The notes beneath the pieces are model-generated. The model was not told the origin of the DNA and searched no databases. It was given only the letters and a program-made list of their open reading frames with translations. The position numbers were made by a program, and so were the translations under genes. A stretch of 64,000 nucleotides of DNA, taken from Clostridia bacterium (lineage in GTDB: Bacteria; Bacillota; Clostridia; Christensenellales; QALW01). Where the stretch lies: NCBI GenBank assembly GCA_045594045.1, contig JAZNXV010000008.1:6649-70648 (forward strand), read 5' to 3'. Positions 53,635 through 63,249 of this stretch are shown here, piece after piece (the first letter of the stretch is position 1; each line of letters begins with the position of its first letter).

Positions 53635-54442
53635 AAATCTCTTTCGACCTTTTACTTAATTTTGCTGCTGCTGAAAAATAACCGAAATAATCAAACGACG
53701 GGGCACACTTTTCCGCTACAAAGGCGTAATAGGAGTCCTGGATGATTCTTTCGTCAGAAAAAACGGCTTCGGCTTTATCTAAGCAAGAAATAATCTGTTC
53801 AGACTCCAACCCGTCACGCGCTTCAAATAAATGCGCCATATTTACTAACGTTACGGCACTGTCCAACAAGCCTTCGATGCGGCGGCTCGTTATTTCAAGC
53901 GCTTTTTCGTAGCATTCGAGGGCTTCGTCAAAACGCTTTAAATCTACTAAAGTGGTGGCGTAGTTGTTGTAAAATGCCGCAAAAAGCAAATCGTTGGGGT
54001 TAAGATGCTTTTTGTATATTGAAAGCGCCCTTTCGTAAAGAGGCAGAGCCTCTTGGGGCTTTTCCAAAAACTTGGTGGTGGTTGCCGCGTTAACTAAAAT
54101 TGTTGCTCCCGAAACAGTTTGCGCTGAATTGGTAAGCTCTAACAATTCGATGGCTCGGGCAACTGCTTTTTGCGCCTTTTCAGGCAAATTCATTTTTCTG
54201 TATAGCCCAAGCTGTTCGTTTACAACGGAAAGCTCGCCCTTTAAATCTCCCAAGGTAACGGCTTCCTTTTGCCAGGAAGCAAGCAGATTTTCTGCCCCAA
54301 GCAAATCGTTGGTTTCAAAAAAGCTGTCAAGCTTTTGAATGATTCTGCCAACGGGAATGCTCTTTTTTTCCTGCTCAAGTTTTTTGCAGGTTGTACATTC
54401 AAAATCAACGTTTAATATTTTGAAATTGTCATCTGTATTCAT
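53621..54442 (-). CDS. Tetratricopeptide-repeat protein
   Basis: 273 aa; repeated A..Y...A TPR-like helices; 14-nt overlap with the downstream DUF4037 gene. Confidence 0.65.
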   Translation of the reverse strand: MNTDDNFKILNVDFECTTCKKLEQEKKSIPVGRIIQKLDSFFETNDLLGAENLLASWQKEAVTLGDLKGELSVVNEQLGLYRKMNLPEKAQKAVARAIELLELTNSAQTVSGATILVNAATTTKFLEKPQEALPLYERALSIYKKHLNPNDLLFAAFYNNYATTLVDLKRFDEALECYEKALEITSRRIEGLLDSAVTLVNMAHLFEARDGLESEQIISCLDKAEAVFSDERIIQDSYYAFVAEKCAPSFDYFGYFSAAAKLSKRSKEIYEGT

Positions 54443-54485
54443 AAGCTATCACTCCAAAATTCAGCACAAATCTGTTTCCTTGTGC

Positions 54486-54824
54486 CTATTTGCGCTTTTT
54501 TATCAGTTCTATAATCTTTAAAGCAATGCCTACAACAAGCTGTAGAACAATTAATGCCAATGATACCCACATAATTATTCTGCCGGGCGCGTGCAACGAT
54601 GCGTCCTCAGAAAATGAAAGTGCGAGTCCCGTAACAACAAGAATAATCAAAGCAATTAAATATATGCCCACAATGCATTTAATTACCTTTTTGGCTTTTG
54701 TAACAACGTGGCGGGGCATTATTTTTGAAATAACACGCATATAAAAATAAAATATTGCTTCAAAAACAAGCTCAAAAACAATTTCAAAAACAAACTCGAA
54801 AATAAGTTCAAACAAAATGCTCAC
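54486..54824 (-). CDS. Small membrane protein with an N-terminal (F-E-x-x)n repeat
   Basis: 112 aa; ILFELIFEFVFEIVFELVFEAIF followed by two TM helices and a basic C-terminus. Confidence 0.5.
   Translation of the reverse strand: MSILFELIFEFVFEIVFELVFEAIFYFYMRVISKIMPRHVVTKAKKVIKCIVGIYLIALIILVVTGLALSFSEDASLHAPGRIIMWVSLALIVLQLVVGIALKIIELIKKRK
54757..54824 (-). repeat. Five tandem 12-bp coding repeats
   Basis: Plus strand TCAAAAACAAGC / TCAAAAACAATT / TCAAAAACAAAC / TCGAAAATAAGT / TCAAACAAAATG, encoding the FE-x-x repeat. Confidence 0.7.
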
Positions 54825-54866
54825 TTATACTCCCCCCAACATAATCTGTTTCACTTTTTGACTGTA

Positions 54867-55670
54867 TCACTTATAAAATTTTTCGTCAATGGGAGTTAAG
54901 TCGTAGAGCATTTCCTTACCGCAGGAGCGAACAAAAATCGTTTCCATAACGTCCTTCATTTTTCTTGCGTCGCAAAGCTGAATTTTTGCATTGCCCAAGA
55001 AGCCGTCCTTAATACAGCCGTGATACCTGAAAGCAGGCTCGTAATTAGGAAAATTAACGGAAACGTCGTCAATTCCCTTGGCTTCAAGAGGGTACAGCTT
55101 GCGCGTGGTAACAGAACCGTCAACGTTTTTAACTGTTAAGAATACGGGCTCGGATGAAATTCTGTTAGGCACGTTAAGCATTTCTTCAACACAATGCAAA
55201 AAGGTGTTTTTGTTTTGACCTACGCCAAGAAGCAGTACAAAACCGCCCATAGAATATATTTTGCCGTAGCAACCCTTTGGCGACGTGGTTGTTTCAACTT
55301 TTTCTTCGCCTTTAACGAAATCTGCCACAGCGCTTTTTTCGCCAAAAACCGCCATTGAATGCGTAGGATGCAACGTGCGCACTCCACGGGCGTCATTTGC
55401 GGCAAGGGTAGGCAATGCGCCTATGTTGCTTCGAGGTGCGCATAAATCAAGGGTAGGCACGCTTTTATCGTCCTGCCAAGCCCACGTATGCGTGGGAATA
55501 CACAATATACCGCCGTCAAGGGTAAAATATTCAATTAATGCGTCTAAAAGCCCTTGACCGCCGCCTTCGATTTCTCCTATGCTCTTTAGGGAACAATGTA
55601 TAATTACAACGCTGTTTCGGGGCGCACCTATATTTTTAAGAGAATTAAATATATCGGTTTTTGTTGTCAT
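54867..55670 (-). CDS. AAC(3) family aminoglycoside N-acetyltransferase-like protein
   Basis: ORF trimmed to MTTKTDIF; IIHCSLKSIGEIEGGGQGLLDAL and TLHPTHS motifs of the AAC(3) fold. Confidence 0.7.
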   Translation of the reverse strand: MTTKTDIFNSLKNIGAPRNSVVIIHCSLKSIGEIEGGGQGLLDALIEYFTLDGGILCIPTHTWAWQDDKSVPTLDLCAPRSNIGALPTLAANDARGVRTLHPTHSMAVFGEKSAVADFVKGEEKVETTTSPKGCYGKIYSMGGFVLLLGVGQNKNTFLHCVEEMLNVPNRISSEPVFLTVKNVDGSVTTRKLYPLEAKGIDDVSVNFPNYEPAFRYHGCIKDGFLGNAKIQLCDARKMKDVMETIFVRSCGKEMLYDLTPIDEKFYK

Positions 55671-55845
55671 AAGAAGTCCTTTTGTTGAGATTATAGTTTT
55701 CAAATATTTGTTGATTAATTATATCACGGTTAACTGAAAAAATCAATATGGGCTTAATCAAAGTAGGTGCTGTTAAGCAATTTGTTTTACGGCTTTGCCT
55801 GAAAAAAGCCGAAGCTTAAAAACAATGCTTACCAAAAACAAAAAA

Positions 55846-55882
55846 GCAATATTCCTTTTATAAGAATATTGCTTATTGTTTA
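55846..55882. terminator. Terminator downstream of nagB
   Basis: AAGCAATATTC..GAATATTGCTT hairpin with flanking A/T runs. Confidence 0.7.
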
Positions 55883-55938
55883 GCTTTTATGCTTGCTTAT
55901 TACTTACTTTACCGGAAAAACACAAAACTGAAAAAGCA

Positions 55939-56724
55939 TTACTTTTCGTTTTTGTAAACTTCCTTAAAGTACTTGTACGTATCAACTTTAAGCTCACCGC
56001 AGGCGGCTTCATCACAAGCGATAATGCCGTCGGGATGCATTTGAAGTGCGCTTATTGTCCAAGCATGGTCAACACCGCCTTCAACGCAGTGGCGTAAAGC
56101 TCTTGCCTTGTTGTGACCGTTGATTAAAAGCAACACCTGCTTGGAATCACAAACTGTACCAACGCCAACAGAAAGGGCAGTTTTGGGTACTTTTGTAATA
56201 TCGCCATCAAAGAAACGGGAGTTAACAATTATAGTATCTTCTGTTAATGCGCGAACACCTGTACGAGAGGTCAGAGAAGTAAAAGGCTCGTTAAAAGCAA
56301 TATGACCGTCAACACCGCTGCCGCCCAAGAACAAATCTATTCCGCCATAAGAAGCAATTTTATCTTCATAGCGCTGACATTCGGCTTCAAGGTCTTCAGC
56401 CATACCGTTGAGAATATTAATATTTTCTTTAGGAATATCAATATGGTTAAAGAAATTGTCGTGCATAAAGTACCAATAACTCTGGTCATGCTCTTTGGGA
56501 AGACCAACGTATTCGTCCATATTAAAGGTTACTACGTTTTTAAAGGTTACTTTGCCTTCCTTATTCATTTCAATGAGCTTACTATAAACTCCAAGGGGAG
56601 ACGAGCCTGTAGGCAATCCGAGTACAAAGGGGCGGTCTTCCTTGTGGTTGTTAATAGCGTCCGCAATATGCTGTGCAGCCCAAGCACACATTTTCTGATA
56701 ATCGTCTTTAATAATAAGTTTCAT
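55939..56724 (-). CDS. nagB: Glucosamine-6-phosphate deaminase
   Basis: ORF trimmed to MKLIIKDDY after GGAGTG; [29 protein letters not shown] motifs. Confidence 0.9.
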   Translation of the reverse strand: MKLIIKDDYQKMCAWAAQHIADAINNHKEDRPFVLGLPTGSSPLGVYSKLIEMNKEGKVTFKNVVTFNMDEYVGLPKEHDQSYWYFMHDNFFNHIDIPKENINILNGMAEDLEAECQRYEDKIASYGGIDLFLGGSGVDGHIAFNEPFTSLTSRTGVRALTEDTIIVNSRFFDGDITKVPKTALSVGVGTVCDSKQVLLLINGHNKARALRHCVEGGVDHAWTISALQMHPDGIIACDEAACGELKVDTYKYFKEVYKNEK

Positions 56725-56863
56725 TTTTACCACACTCCAATTATTATAAACAAATTTTTTACCATAAATATTATACACCTTATATTTTAAATCGTAAAGG
56801 CATATTTTGGTGCAATTTTTTGCAAATAAAAGTTGCTAAAACTCACCAAAGCGATAAAAAATG

Positions 56864-57550
56864 CTATTTCGCTTTGGGATATTCGTTACAAAGAAGATAC
56901 AAAGGTTCTTCGTCTTCTTCGATTTCAGGGAAGCGTCCAACGGGTGGGTTAAAGCGATTATCGTTGTTATCATCGTTGCATTGACTTACTTCGCCAAGTA
57001 AAACGGCGCCCGTGCCTTTTTCAACTTCAAAGTCGTGATAAAGATATTGCTGAATAAAAATGCTTTCGCCCGGTGTCAAACGAATTTGCGTACCTGCAGG
57101 CACGGTATAAGTTCTGCCATCGGTATGAACAGTAACATCACTTTCATAGTCGATTTCTTCGTTTTCAAGGGAATTATATACCCTTATCAAAACGTTGCCG
57201 CCGCCACGGTTGATAATATCCTCCGTCTTGCTCCAATGAAAATGGTTTGGCGCATATTGACCTTCTTTAAGATATAAAAGCTTTTCTGCATACACCTTTG
57301 GATATTTTTCCGCCATTAAAAGATTTCCGTTACGAATGGTTATTAAAGAAAATCCGAATTCATCAAATTTACCGCAACCGTAATCGGTAATGTCCCAGCC
57401 CAGCATACAATCTCTTATTTCGTCATATTCGTGTCCCTTGCTTTGCCACTGTTCAGGCGTAAAGTGACAAAAAGGCGGAAGATAACAGTTGTGTTTTTTA
57501 CACATGGCTTCCATTTCTTTTAGTGCTTTGTTGATTTCACTGCGTTTCAT
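56864..57550 (-). CDS. D-lyxose/D-mannose family sugar isomerase (cupin)
   Basis: 228 aa; HFHWSKTEDIINRGGGNV and C-terminal LLCNEY closely resemble enterobacterial D-lyxose isomerase as I recall it. Confidence 0.8.
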   Translation of the reverse strand: MKRSEINKALKEMEAMCKKHNCYLPPFCHFTPEQWQSKGHEYDEIRDCMLGWDITDYGCGKFDEFGFSLITIRNGNLLMAEKYPKVYAEKLLYLKEGQYAPNHFHWSKTEDIINRGGGNVLIRVYNSLENEEIDYESDVTVHTDGRTYTVPAGTQIRLTPGESIFIQQYLYHDFEVEKGTGAVLLGEVSQCNDDNNDNRFNPPVGRFPEIEEDEEPLYLLCNEYPKAK

Positions 57551-57610
57551 AAATTATACCACCTTTTACTATAAAATAACCGTTATAGAAAATAAAGCAA
57601 CCGCTTAATT

Positions 57611-58564
57611 TTATTGTTTTTCTTTAAAGAATTCTTTTGCCGAATCAATAAACTTCTCCATAGCTAACGTAACGTACCGCGAGCGCTTATAATAAAGATA
57701 TATTCCTCTTGTAGCCACGTTTGAATCAATAGGACAGAAAATCAAATCGTCATTAGGCGCAATTTTATTCAGCAAAGTGTCGCTTACGAGGGTTGCACTT
57801 AGACCGCTGCAAGCAATATTGTAAGCTGTTGCAACTTGATCGACCTCAATGGAAATCTTAACTTGCTGTTTTGCTGAACGAAATAATTGGTCAAGGCGAT
57901 ACCTTGTGTCTGTTCCTTCTCTTAAAGCAATAAAAGGAAGATCCGCAAACTCTTCAACTTTAACGGGTAATTTGTTTTTATCAAGCTTTCGCTTTGAAGT
58001 TATTTCTTCGTGAGAAAGTCCTTTAGATGTAAAACTTTTTCCTTTCGCAAGAGCTTTGTGTACCGCCAAGAACAAATGTTCGTGTCCCAAAAGCTGCTGT
58101 TCGTATTTCTCAAGGTCCATCTGACAATTATCAAGAACCATATCAACGCTGCCGCGCATAAGGATTTCTTCAAGATATTTTACGTTGCCCTCGGTCATTT
58201 GCACCTGCACCCCGGGATATTTATGGGAAAAGTTCCGCATAAGGTCGGGTAAAATGTATGAAGCAAAAACGTTGTTTGCGCCGATAAACACGTTGCCTGT
58301 TTTAAGCTCTCGAATATCGTTAAGATATTGCTCAAACTCACATTCCAAACTTTGCAGCTTTTCAATATATTCAATGTATTTCACCCCGTACTCTGTTAAG
58401 GTAAGAGGTTTTGTTTTTCTGTCAAAAATGGGAACACCCAGTTGGTCTTCCGCCTTTTTGACCATAGCACTTAAACAAGGCTGTGAAAGATATAGCTTTT
58501 CTGCTGCTGCCGAAAAACTTCCTGCCTTGTAAACCGCATAAACATATTCCATATTCCGCAGCAT
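57611..58564 (-). CDS. LysR family transcriptional regulator
   Basis: N-terminal wHTH FSAAAEKLYLSQPCLSAMVKKAEDQLG; 317 aa. Confidence 0.85.
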   Translation of the reverse strand: MLRNMEYVYAVYKAGSFSAAAEKLYLSQPCLSAMVKKAEDQLGVPIFDRKTKPLTLTEYGVKYIEYIEKLQSLECEFEQYLNDIRELKTGNVFIGANNVFASYILPDLMRNFSHKYPGVQVQMTEGNVKYLEEILMRGSVDMVLDNCQMDLEKYEQQLLGHEHLFLAVHKALAKGKSFTSKGLSHEEITSKRKLDKNKLPVKVEEFADLPFIALREGTDTRYRLDQLFRSAKQQVKISIEVDQVATAYNIACSGLSATLVSDTLLNKIAPNDDLIFCPIDSNVATRGIYLYYKRSRYVTLAMEKFIDSAKEFFKEKQ

Positions 58565-58581
58565 TTTATCACCTTTGGAAG

Positions 58582-58599
58582 TATAAACAATTATTTATA
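58582..58599. promoter_or_regulatory. Possible LysR-type binding site
   Basis: TATAAACAATTATTTATA, a near-palindrome with T-N11-A architecture, 18 nt upstream of the LysR start. Confidence 0.25.
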
Positions 58600-58828
58600 C
58601 TTTATATAAACATATAAATATTTGATTTTATTATATAAGTGTTGTATCCTTTTGTCAACCAAAACATTATAACTCGACCAGCCTTAAACAGTTATATTCA
58701 GGCATATTTGGTTTATCGTCCTTTTAAGGCAGGAAAATATTATCAAGGACTTTGACGGCGTTAAAACAAAAATTTTACATTTTAAAACTAATTCGCGTTA
58801 CAATGCTTTGGTTAGAAGGAAAAGAAGT

Positions 58829-59518
58829 ATGAACAGAACCATTGGAATTTTAGGCGGAATGGGGCCAATGGCCACTTGCGACCTTATGAAAAAGATAATA
58901 GAACAAACAGATGCATCTTGCGACCAGGAACATTTGCGCATTTGTGTTGACAGCAACACAAATATTCCTGACCGTACAGCTGCTATTTTAGGGCACGGCG
59001 AAAACCCTGTGCCCGAAATGGTAAAAAGCGCGGTGTATCTTCAGTCAATGGGTGCGGACGTGCTTATTATGCCCTGCAACACCGCGCATTTTTTTATAAA
59101 AGAAGTGCAGAAATTCGTAAACATACCCATTTTGAATATGACTGCAGAAGCCGCTTCTTACCTTAAGGAAAAGAACGTTAAAACCGCCGCGATTTTAGCA
59201 ACTGACGGCACTATTAAAAGCGAGCTCTACCACAAAGCTCTGCTTAATGCAGATATTTTACCCGTAGTGCCGAACAAGGAAGAACAAAAAATTATAACGT
59301 CTATTATTTATGACTACGTAAAGGCAGGTAAAAATCACCCTTATGAAAAGGAGCTTAAGCAAATGGAAGCCCGTTTTATTGCTTCAGGCGTTGAAGCATT
59401 GATTTTAGGCTGTACCGAATTGCCAATCGCTTTTTCGTCATTTTCGTCCTCAATCCCTACAGTTGACCCTACTTTAATTTTAGCCCGCGCGGCAATTCAG
59501 TTTGTAAAAACGGTTTAA
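58829..59518 (+). CDS. Aspartate/glutamate racemase family protein
   Basis: ORF trimmed to MNRTIGILGGMGPMAT; two catalytic-Cys motifs, CNTAH and GCTELP. Confidence 0.8.
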   Translation: MNRTIGILGGMGPMATCDLMKKIIEQTDASCDQEHLRICVDSNTNIPDRTAAILGHGENPVPEMVKSAVYLQSMGADVLIMPCNTAHFFIKEVQKFVNIPILNMTAEAASYLKEKNVKTAAILATDGTIKSELYHKALLNADILPVVPNKEEQKIITSIIYDYVKAGKNHPYEKELKQMEARFIASGVEALILGCTELPIAFSSFSSSIPTVDPTLILARAAIQFVKTV

Positions 59519-59618
59519 AAGATATGGTGAAAATTTCGTATAAACAAAAAGTATATAAATAAATTTCACACAAGCAAGTTTTGCTATAATCAAAACAACC
59601 TGCAAAACTATAGAAAAT

Positions 59619-59660
59619 GCACCCTAAAGTTGTCTAGCTTTAGGGTGCTTGCTCTTTTAT
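59619..59660 (+). terminator. Rho-independent terminator
   Basis: GCACCCTAAAG..CTTTAGGGTGC hairpin followed by a T-rich tail. Confidence 0.7.
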
Positions 59661-59731
59661 AATAAAAAAGCTTTAAAACAACAAATAGGTAATATAAAAT
59701 TATACCGCCTTTTTATGTTTTTAATTTGATG

Positions 59732-61789
59732 CTATTCTGTGGCCCAATCCATATTAGAATAAGCAAGAAGCAAATATACGTATCCCGTTTCGCCTTGAGA
59801 AGATGTATAGGTTGTTCTATAGGTGCGGGGCACAATTTGTGTTTCGTTACCGTTCAGGGCAACGTAAATAAATTTGTTGTTTTCAGCATTTACACTTGAT
59901 TGCTCAATTTTAGCGTCTATTATGTCGCCGTAAGGGTACGCCAGGGTTTCCATAAGCGCATATAACCCGTTATAATCAAGGGTTGTGTCAGAGATGTAAT
60001 CAATATACACGTCAGCGCTTTTTTCAAAAACTACTTTAAGCTCGCCATTTGCGCCCTTTGTGATATTTTCTTCCGCCGCTGGCTCAACAATATCGAATTT
60101 AACGGGAGTAAAGTCTGAAGTTCTGATACCGTCTGCGGTAGCAATATATGCTACGAGAGTGTATTCTCCCGCTTCCAGCGCGCCAAAATCAATAGTGCCA
60201 GTGGTCGCCTTAACGCTAAAGCTTTTTTCGCCTGTGAACGTAGTTTTGTTTAATTCTTCCATCATTTCAACGTGTGCAAGATTCCCAAGGGCATCTGCCA
60301 ACGCATACTCAATTACATACTGTTCGGCATCAACAAACAAGGCGGTGTCATTAACGGTAAGAGTATATTCATTCGTTATGTGAACCGTATAATTTTCATA
60401 CGTTGCAAAGGTGGCCTCCGATGCCGTAACGGGCGCAAAATTAATATTAAGGGTCAGAGCAAAGGTATTGGCAACGTCAATAACCTCGGCGTCCTTTATT
60501 AAAGAATACTTTTTACTAAAGGCTTCCAGAAGCTGTTTTTCTGTTGTAATAGCCTTTTTCATGCCCGCCGTTCCTTTGACGGAATTCCCCTGCCAACGAT
60601 AATTTTTAATCAGCTTTTCCGCTTCCGAATATGCTGTATTAACTCCTAAGATGACAGTGTCCAGGTCTCTTCTGCACTTAAGGCCCCAATCGGAAATAAG
60701 CTGCTTAAGGGTTGCAACCTCGTCTGTACGGCTTTCACCGTAAATTGCAAGCTCAAAACTCGCTTCTATGCCGTATGCAGATTCGGAGGATACTATGTTT
60801 TGTATTGTAACGCCTTGACCCGAAAGCTCCTGATTGCTTCTGAGCTCTCTGCCGTCGGCAAGCACCAATATTCCGTCGTCCACGTAGGAATATCCCTCAA
60901 AGCCGTTAAGGGAGATAACAAAGCGTGTGTGGTCAACCTCCCGTTGAATGCCGAGAATATCGGTTTTGCGATCCTGGCTTATCATCATAACGTCACGCAC
61001 ATTGCAGGTTTCAGGATCGTAATTTGCGCTGCTGCAGGTTTTATCGGTAAGCACCAAAGTGCTTACGTTAAAGCGACCCTCGTATTCGCCAACTATATAC
61101 GCCTGCCAATGCCCGCGAGAATGGTCCGCAATAAAATATTGAGAGCCTGACTGATAAAGAATCTCTGTCATCTCATATCTGATACCGGGAATGTATTTTA
61201 CACGGTGCTCTCCAATATTATTTGAAATATACAGCTCGTAAACGTCTCTTCCAAGCTCGTCTTTATAGCGGGTGCAAATATCTAATTGCTCATCTGTGCG
61301 AGAAAACAGAGTTTCGGAATTTTCGTTTACCTCAAGGTAATATTGAGTAGAGCCGTTTTTAACCCATTTGTTAACCACACGAACGTGCTTTTTAACGTTA
61401 TCAATAAGCTCACCACCGGAATTTGCCATACTGATAATAATACCCGTTATGTTTTCAAGGTAGCTATACGAATTGCTTATTTCCTTAAGGCTGTTTGCAG
61501 TTGCTTTTTCCAAAAAGCCGACGCCATAGCCTAAAGTCTGAAGAGAAACTCCCTCGCTTGAAACGTGCTTTTTAAAGTTTTCTTCTGCCTTAAGCGCAAG
61601 GTTTGCAAAGGCTTCCTTGCCGGAAGAAAAAATATCTTCCTTACCCTTAAGGGCTTCGGCATTAAGCCTCTTGTTCGCAAGCAACAGCTTTGCGCCCTCC
61701 GTTCCTGTAACGGGCGTGCCGAACAGACTGCAGCCTACGAAAGAAATACAAAGCAACAAAGCAACAAAAAGAGAAATTAATTTTTTCAT
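59732..61789 (-). CDS. Large hypothetical lipoprotein
   Basis: 685 aa; MKKLISLFVALLLCISFVGCS signal peptide plus lipobox; no family recognised. Confidence 0.7.
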   Translation of the reverse strand: MKKLISLFVALLLCISFVGCSLFGTPVTGTEGAKLLLANKRLNAEALKGKEDIFSSGKEAFANLALKAEENFKKHVSSEGVSLQTLGYGVGFLEKATANSLKEISNSYSYLENITGIIISMANSGGELIDNVKKHVRVVNKWVKNGSTQYYLEVNENSETLFSRTDEQLDICTRYKDELGRDVYELYISNNIGEHRVKYIPGIRYEMTEILYQSGSQYFIADHSRGHWQAYIVGEYEGRFNVSTLVLTDKTCSSANYDPETCNVRDVMMISQDRKTDILGIQREVDHTRFVISLNGFEGYSYVDDGILVLADGRELRSNQELSGQGVTIQNIVSSESAYGIEASFELAIYGESRTDEVATLKQLISDWGLKCRRDLDTVILGVNTAYSEAEKLIKNYRWQGNSVKGTAGMKKAITTEKQLLEAFSKKYSLIKDAEVIDVANTFALTLNINFAPVTASEATFATYENYTVHITNEYTLTVNDTALFVDAEQYVIEYALADALGNLAHVEMMEELNKTTFTGEKSFSVKATTGTIDFGALEAGEYTLVAYIATADGIRTSDFTPVKFDIVEPAAEENITKGANGELKVVFEKSADVYIDYISDTTLDYNGLYALMETLAYPYGDIIDAKIEQSSVNAENNKFIYVALNGNETQIVPRTYRTTYTSSQGETGYVYLLLAYSNMDWATE

Positions 61790-61917
61790 ATACGCTCCTT
61801 ACAATATTAGTTTTCAATTATATTTTACCTGCTAAAAAACAAAAAATCAAGAAAAAGTTGTAAAAATTACTTTAATATTATTATAAGGATATACCGGGAG
61901 TAATTTGACAAAAAAAC

Positions 61918-61953
61918 AAAAGAGAGAATGCTTTTTTACATCTCTCTTTTAAG
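61918..61953 (-). terminator. Rho-independent terminator after the CapA-like gene
   Basis: Minus strand AAGAGAGA..TCTCTCTT hairpin followed by TTGTTTTTTT. Confidence 0.7.
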
Positions 61954-61956
61954 CTT

Positions 61957-63225
61957 TTATAATTTCACTTTGCCGTTTGCGTCGATTACTGTGCCAAAGG
62001 GCTTGCTTAATGTGGCTAACTGACGGATTATATCCTTGTTATGTGATTTTCTCGGCCAGCCGATTGAAGAATGCTTTTGACCTAATCCAAGCTCTATGGG
62101 CGTAAACTCAAGCGTTTTAAGCTTACCGTCTTCAATTTCAAAAGAAGCGATAACGGCTTCCATCATCTCGCGCTGTCGTTGCAACCCGATGGTAAAATTC
62201 TTTGTTCTTTTCTTAAAAACCTCGTAGAGACCGTCTTCGGCAGAAAGACCGAATTTTCTGTAAAAATCGTCAGGCACAGCTTCGCAGTTTTCAAGGTGAA
62301 GCATAAAATCGCCCAAGGAATACATAATAGGCAAACCCTTATAAATTTCAACACCCTGCATTAAGTGGGGACCGTGACCGATAATTCCGCTTGCACCTGC
62401 ATCAATACATTGGTGTGCAAATTCGGTTAAAAACTTGGGTGCGGCAAAGTGGCTTCCCCCCTGCATAACGTGATTGTGAATAGATATCAGCACCAGGTCT
62501 GCCTGCATTGAAGCGTCCTTAATAGCAGTTTTTATACGCTTCATATCAATTTGCGAAAGCTCGTACTCTATCCTCGGCTCGCCTACTCTGAAAATAGTAT
62601 TGCAGAACTCGAACTCGTCTTCGCCAAGAGGTGTTTTATAGCCCTGGGCAGTAATTATTTCGTTGTAAACGTTTAAGGTGGTGTGCTTAGCAATTGCTTT
62701 AAGCTGTTCAAGCTCCTCTTTTGAAACGTAAACAACCTTTTTAAGACTAAGGGGATTTATACCGGGGCGACCGATAAAATCTCGCGATTGTTCGCCTGCG
62801 TTTTCGCAGTGATTACATTCCGTTGCACAGGCAATTATTGCCGCCCTGCCCGAAGGTGTGTCAATATAAGCAGGAGCAGATGCCTGAGCTAAATTTCTGC
62901 CGCCGCCTGCCTGAGCATACCCTTCCTTTTCAATGTTATCAAGAGTTTGCAAAAAACCGTCGTAGGAAAAATCCATACAGTGATTATTTGCGCTTGTGGT
63001 AGCGTTAAACCCAAAATCCCTTATGCTTTCAAGAACGTTTTTTGAACAACGCAACCAAGTTCCGCCGCTGTGAGCACCGGGAAAGCAATTTTCGCAAACG
63101 GTAGTTTCAAGGTTAAAAAACCTAACGTCACCACGCGCGATAATATCCCTTATTTCTTCAAAACCCTGATAGTATTTAGGCATACACTTTTGTATGGCAC
63201 AATCACCTACAGCAGTAATTTTCAT
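61957..63225 (-). CDS. CapA family (PGA_cap) metallophosphoesterase-like protein
   Basis: 422 aa; GD..FFNLE, NNHCMDF, SIHNH and GHGPH motifs consistent with the CapA/calcineurin-like fold. Confidence 0.7.
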   Translation of the reverse strand: MKITAVGDCAIQKCMPKYYQGFEEIRDIIARGDVRFFNLETTVCENCFPGAHSGGTWLRCSKNVLESIRDFGFNATTSANNHCMDFSYDGFLQTLDNIEKEGYAQAGGGRNLAQASAPAYIDTPSGRAAIIACATECNHCENAGEQSRDFIGRPGINPLSLKKVVYVSKEELEQLKAIAKHTTLNVYNEIITAQGYKTPLGEDEFEFCNTIFRVGEPRIEYELSQIDMKRIKTAIKDASMQADLVLISIHNHVMQGGSHFAAPKFLTEFAHQCIDAGASGIIGHGPHLMQGVEIYKGLPIMYSLGDFMLHLENCEAVPDDFYRKFGLSAEDGLYEVFKKRTKNFTIGLQRQREMMEAVIASFEIEDGKLKTLEFTPIELGLGQKHSSIGWPRKSHNKDIIRQLATLSKPFGTVIDANGKVKL

Positions 63226-63249
63226 ATCATTCTCCTATTTAAAATAAAA

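Noticed and set aside
56302-56790. 162-aa plus-strand ORF
   Set aside because: It is antisense to nagB, whose identity is clear from several conserved motifs.
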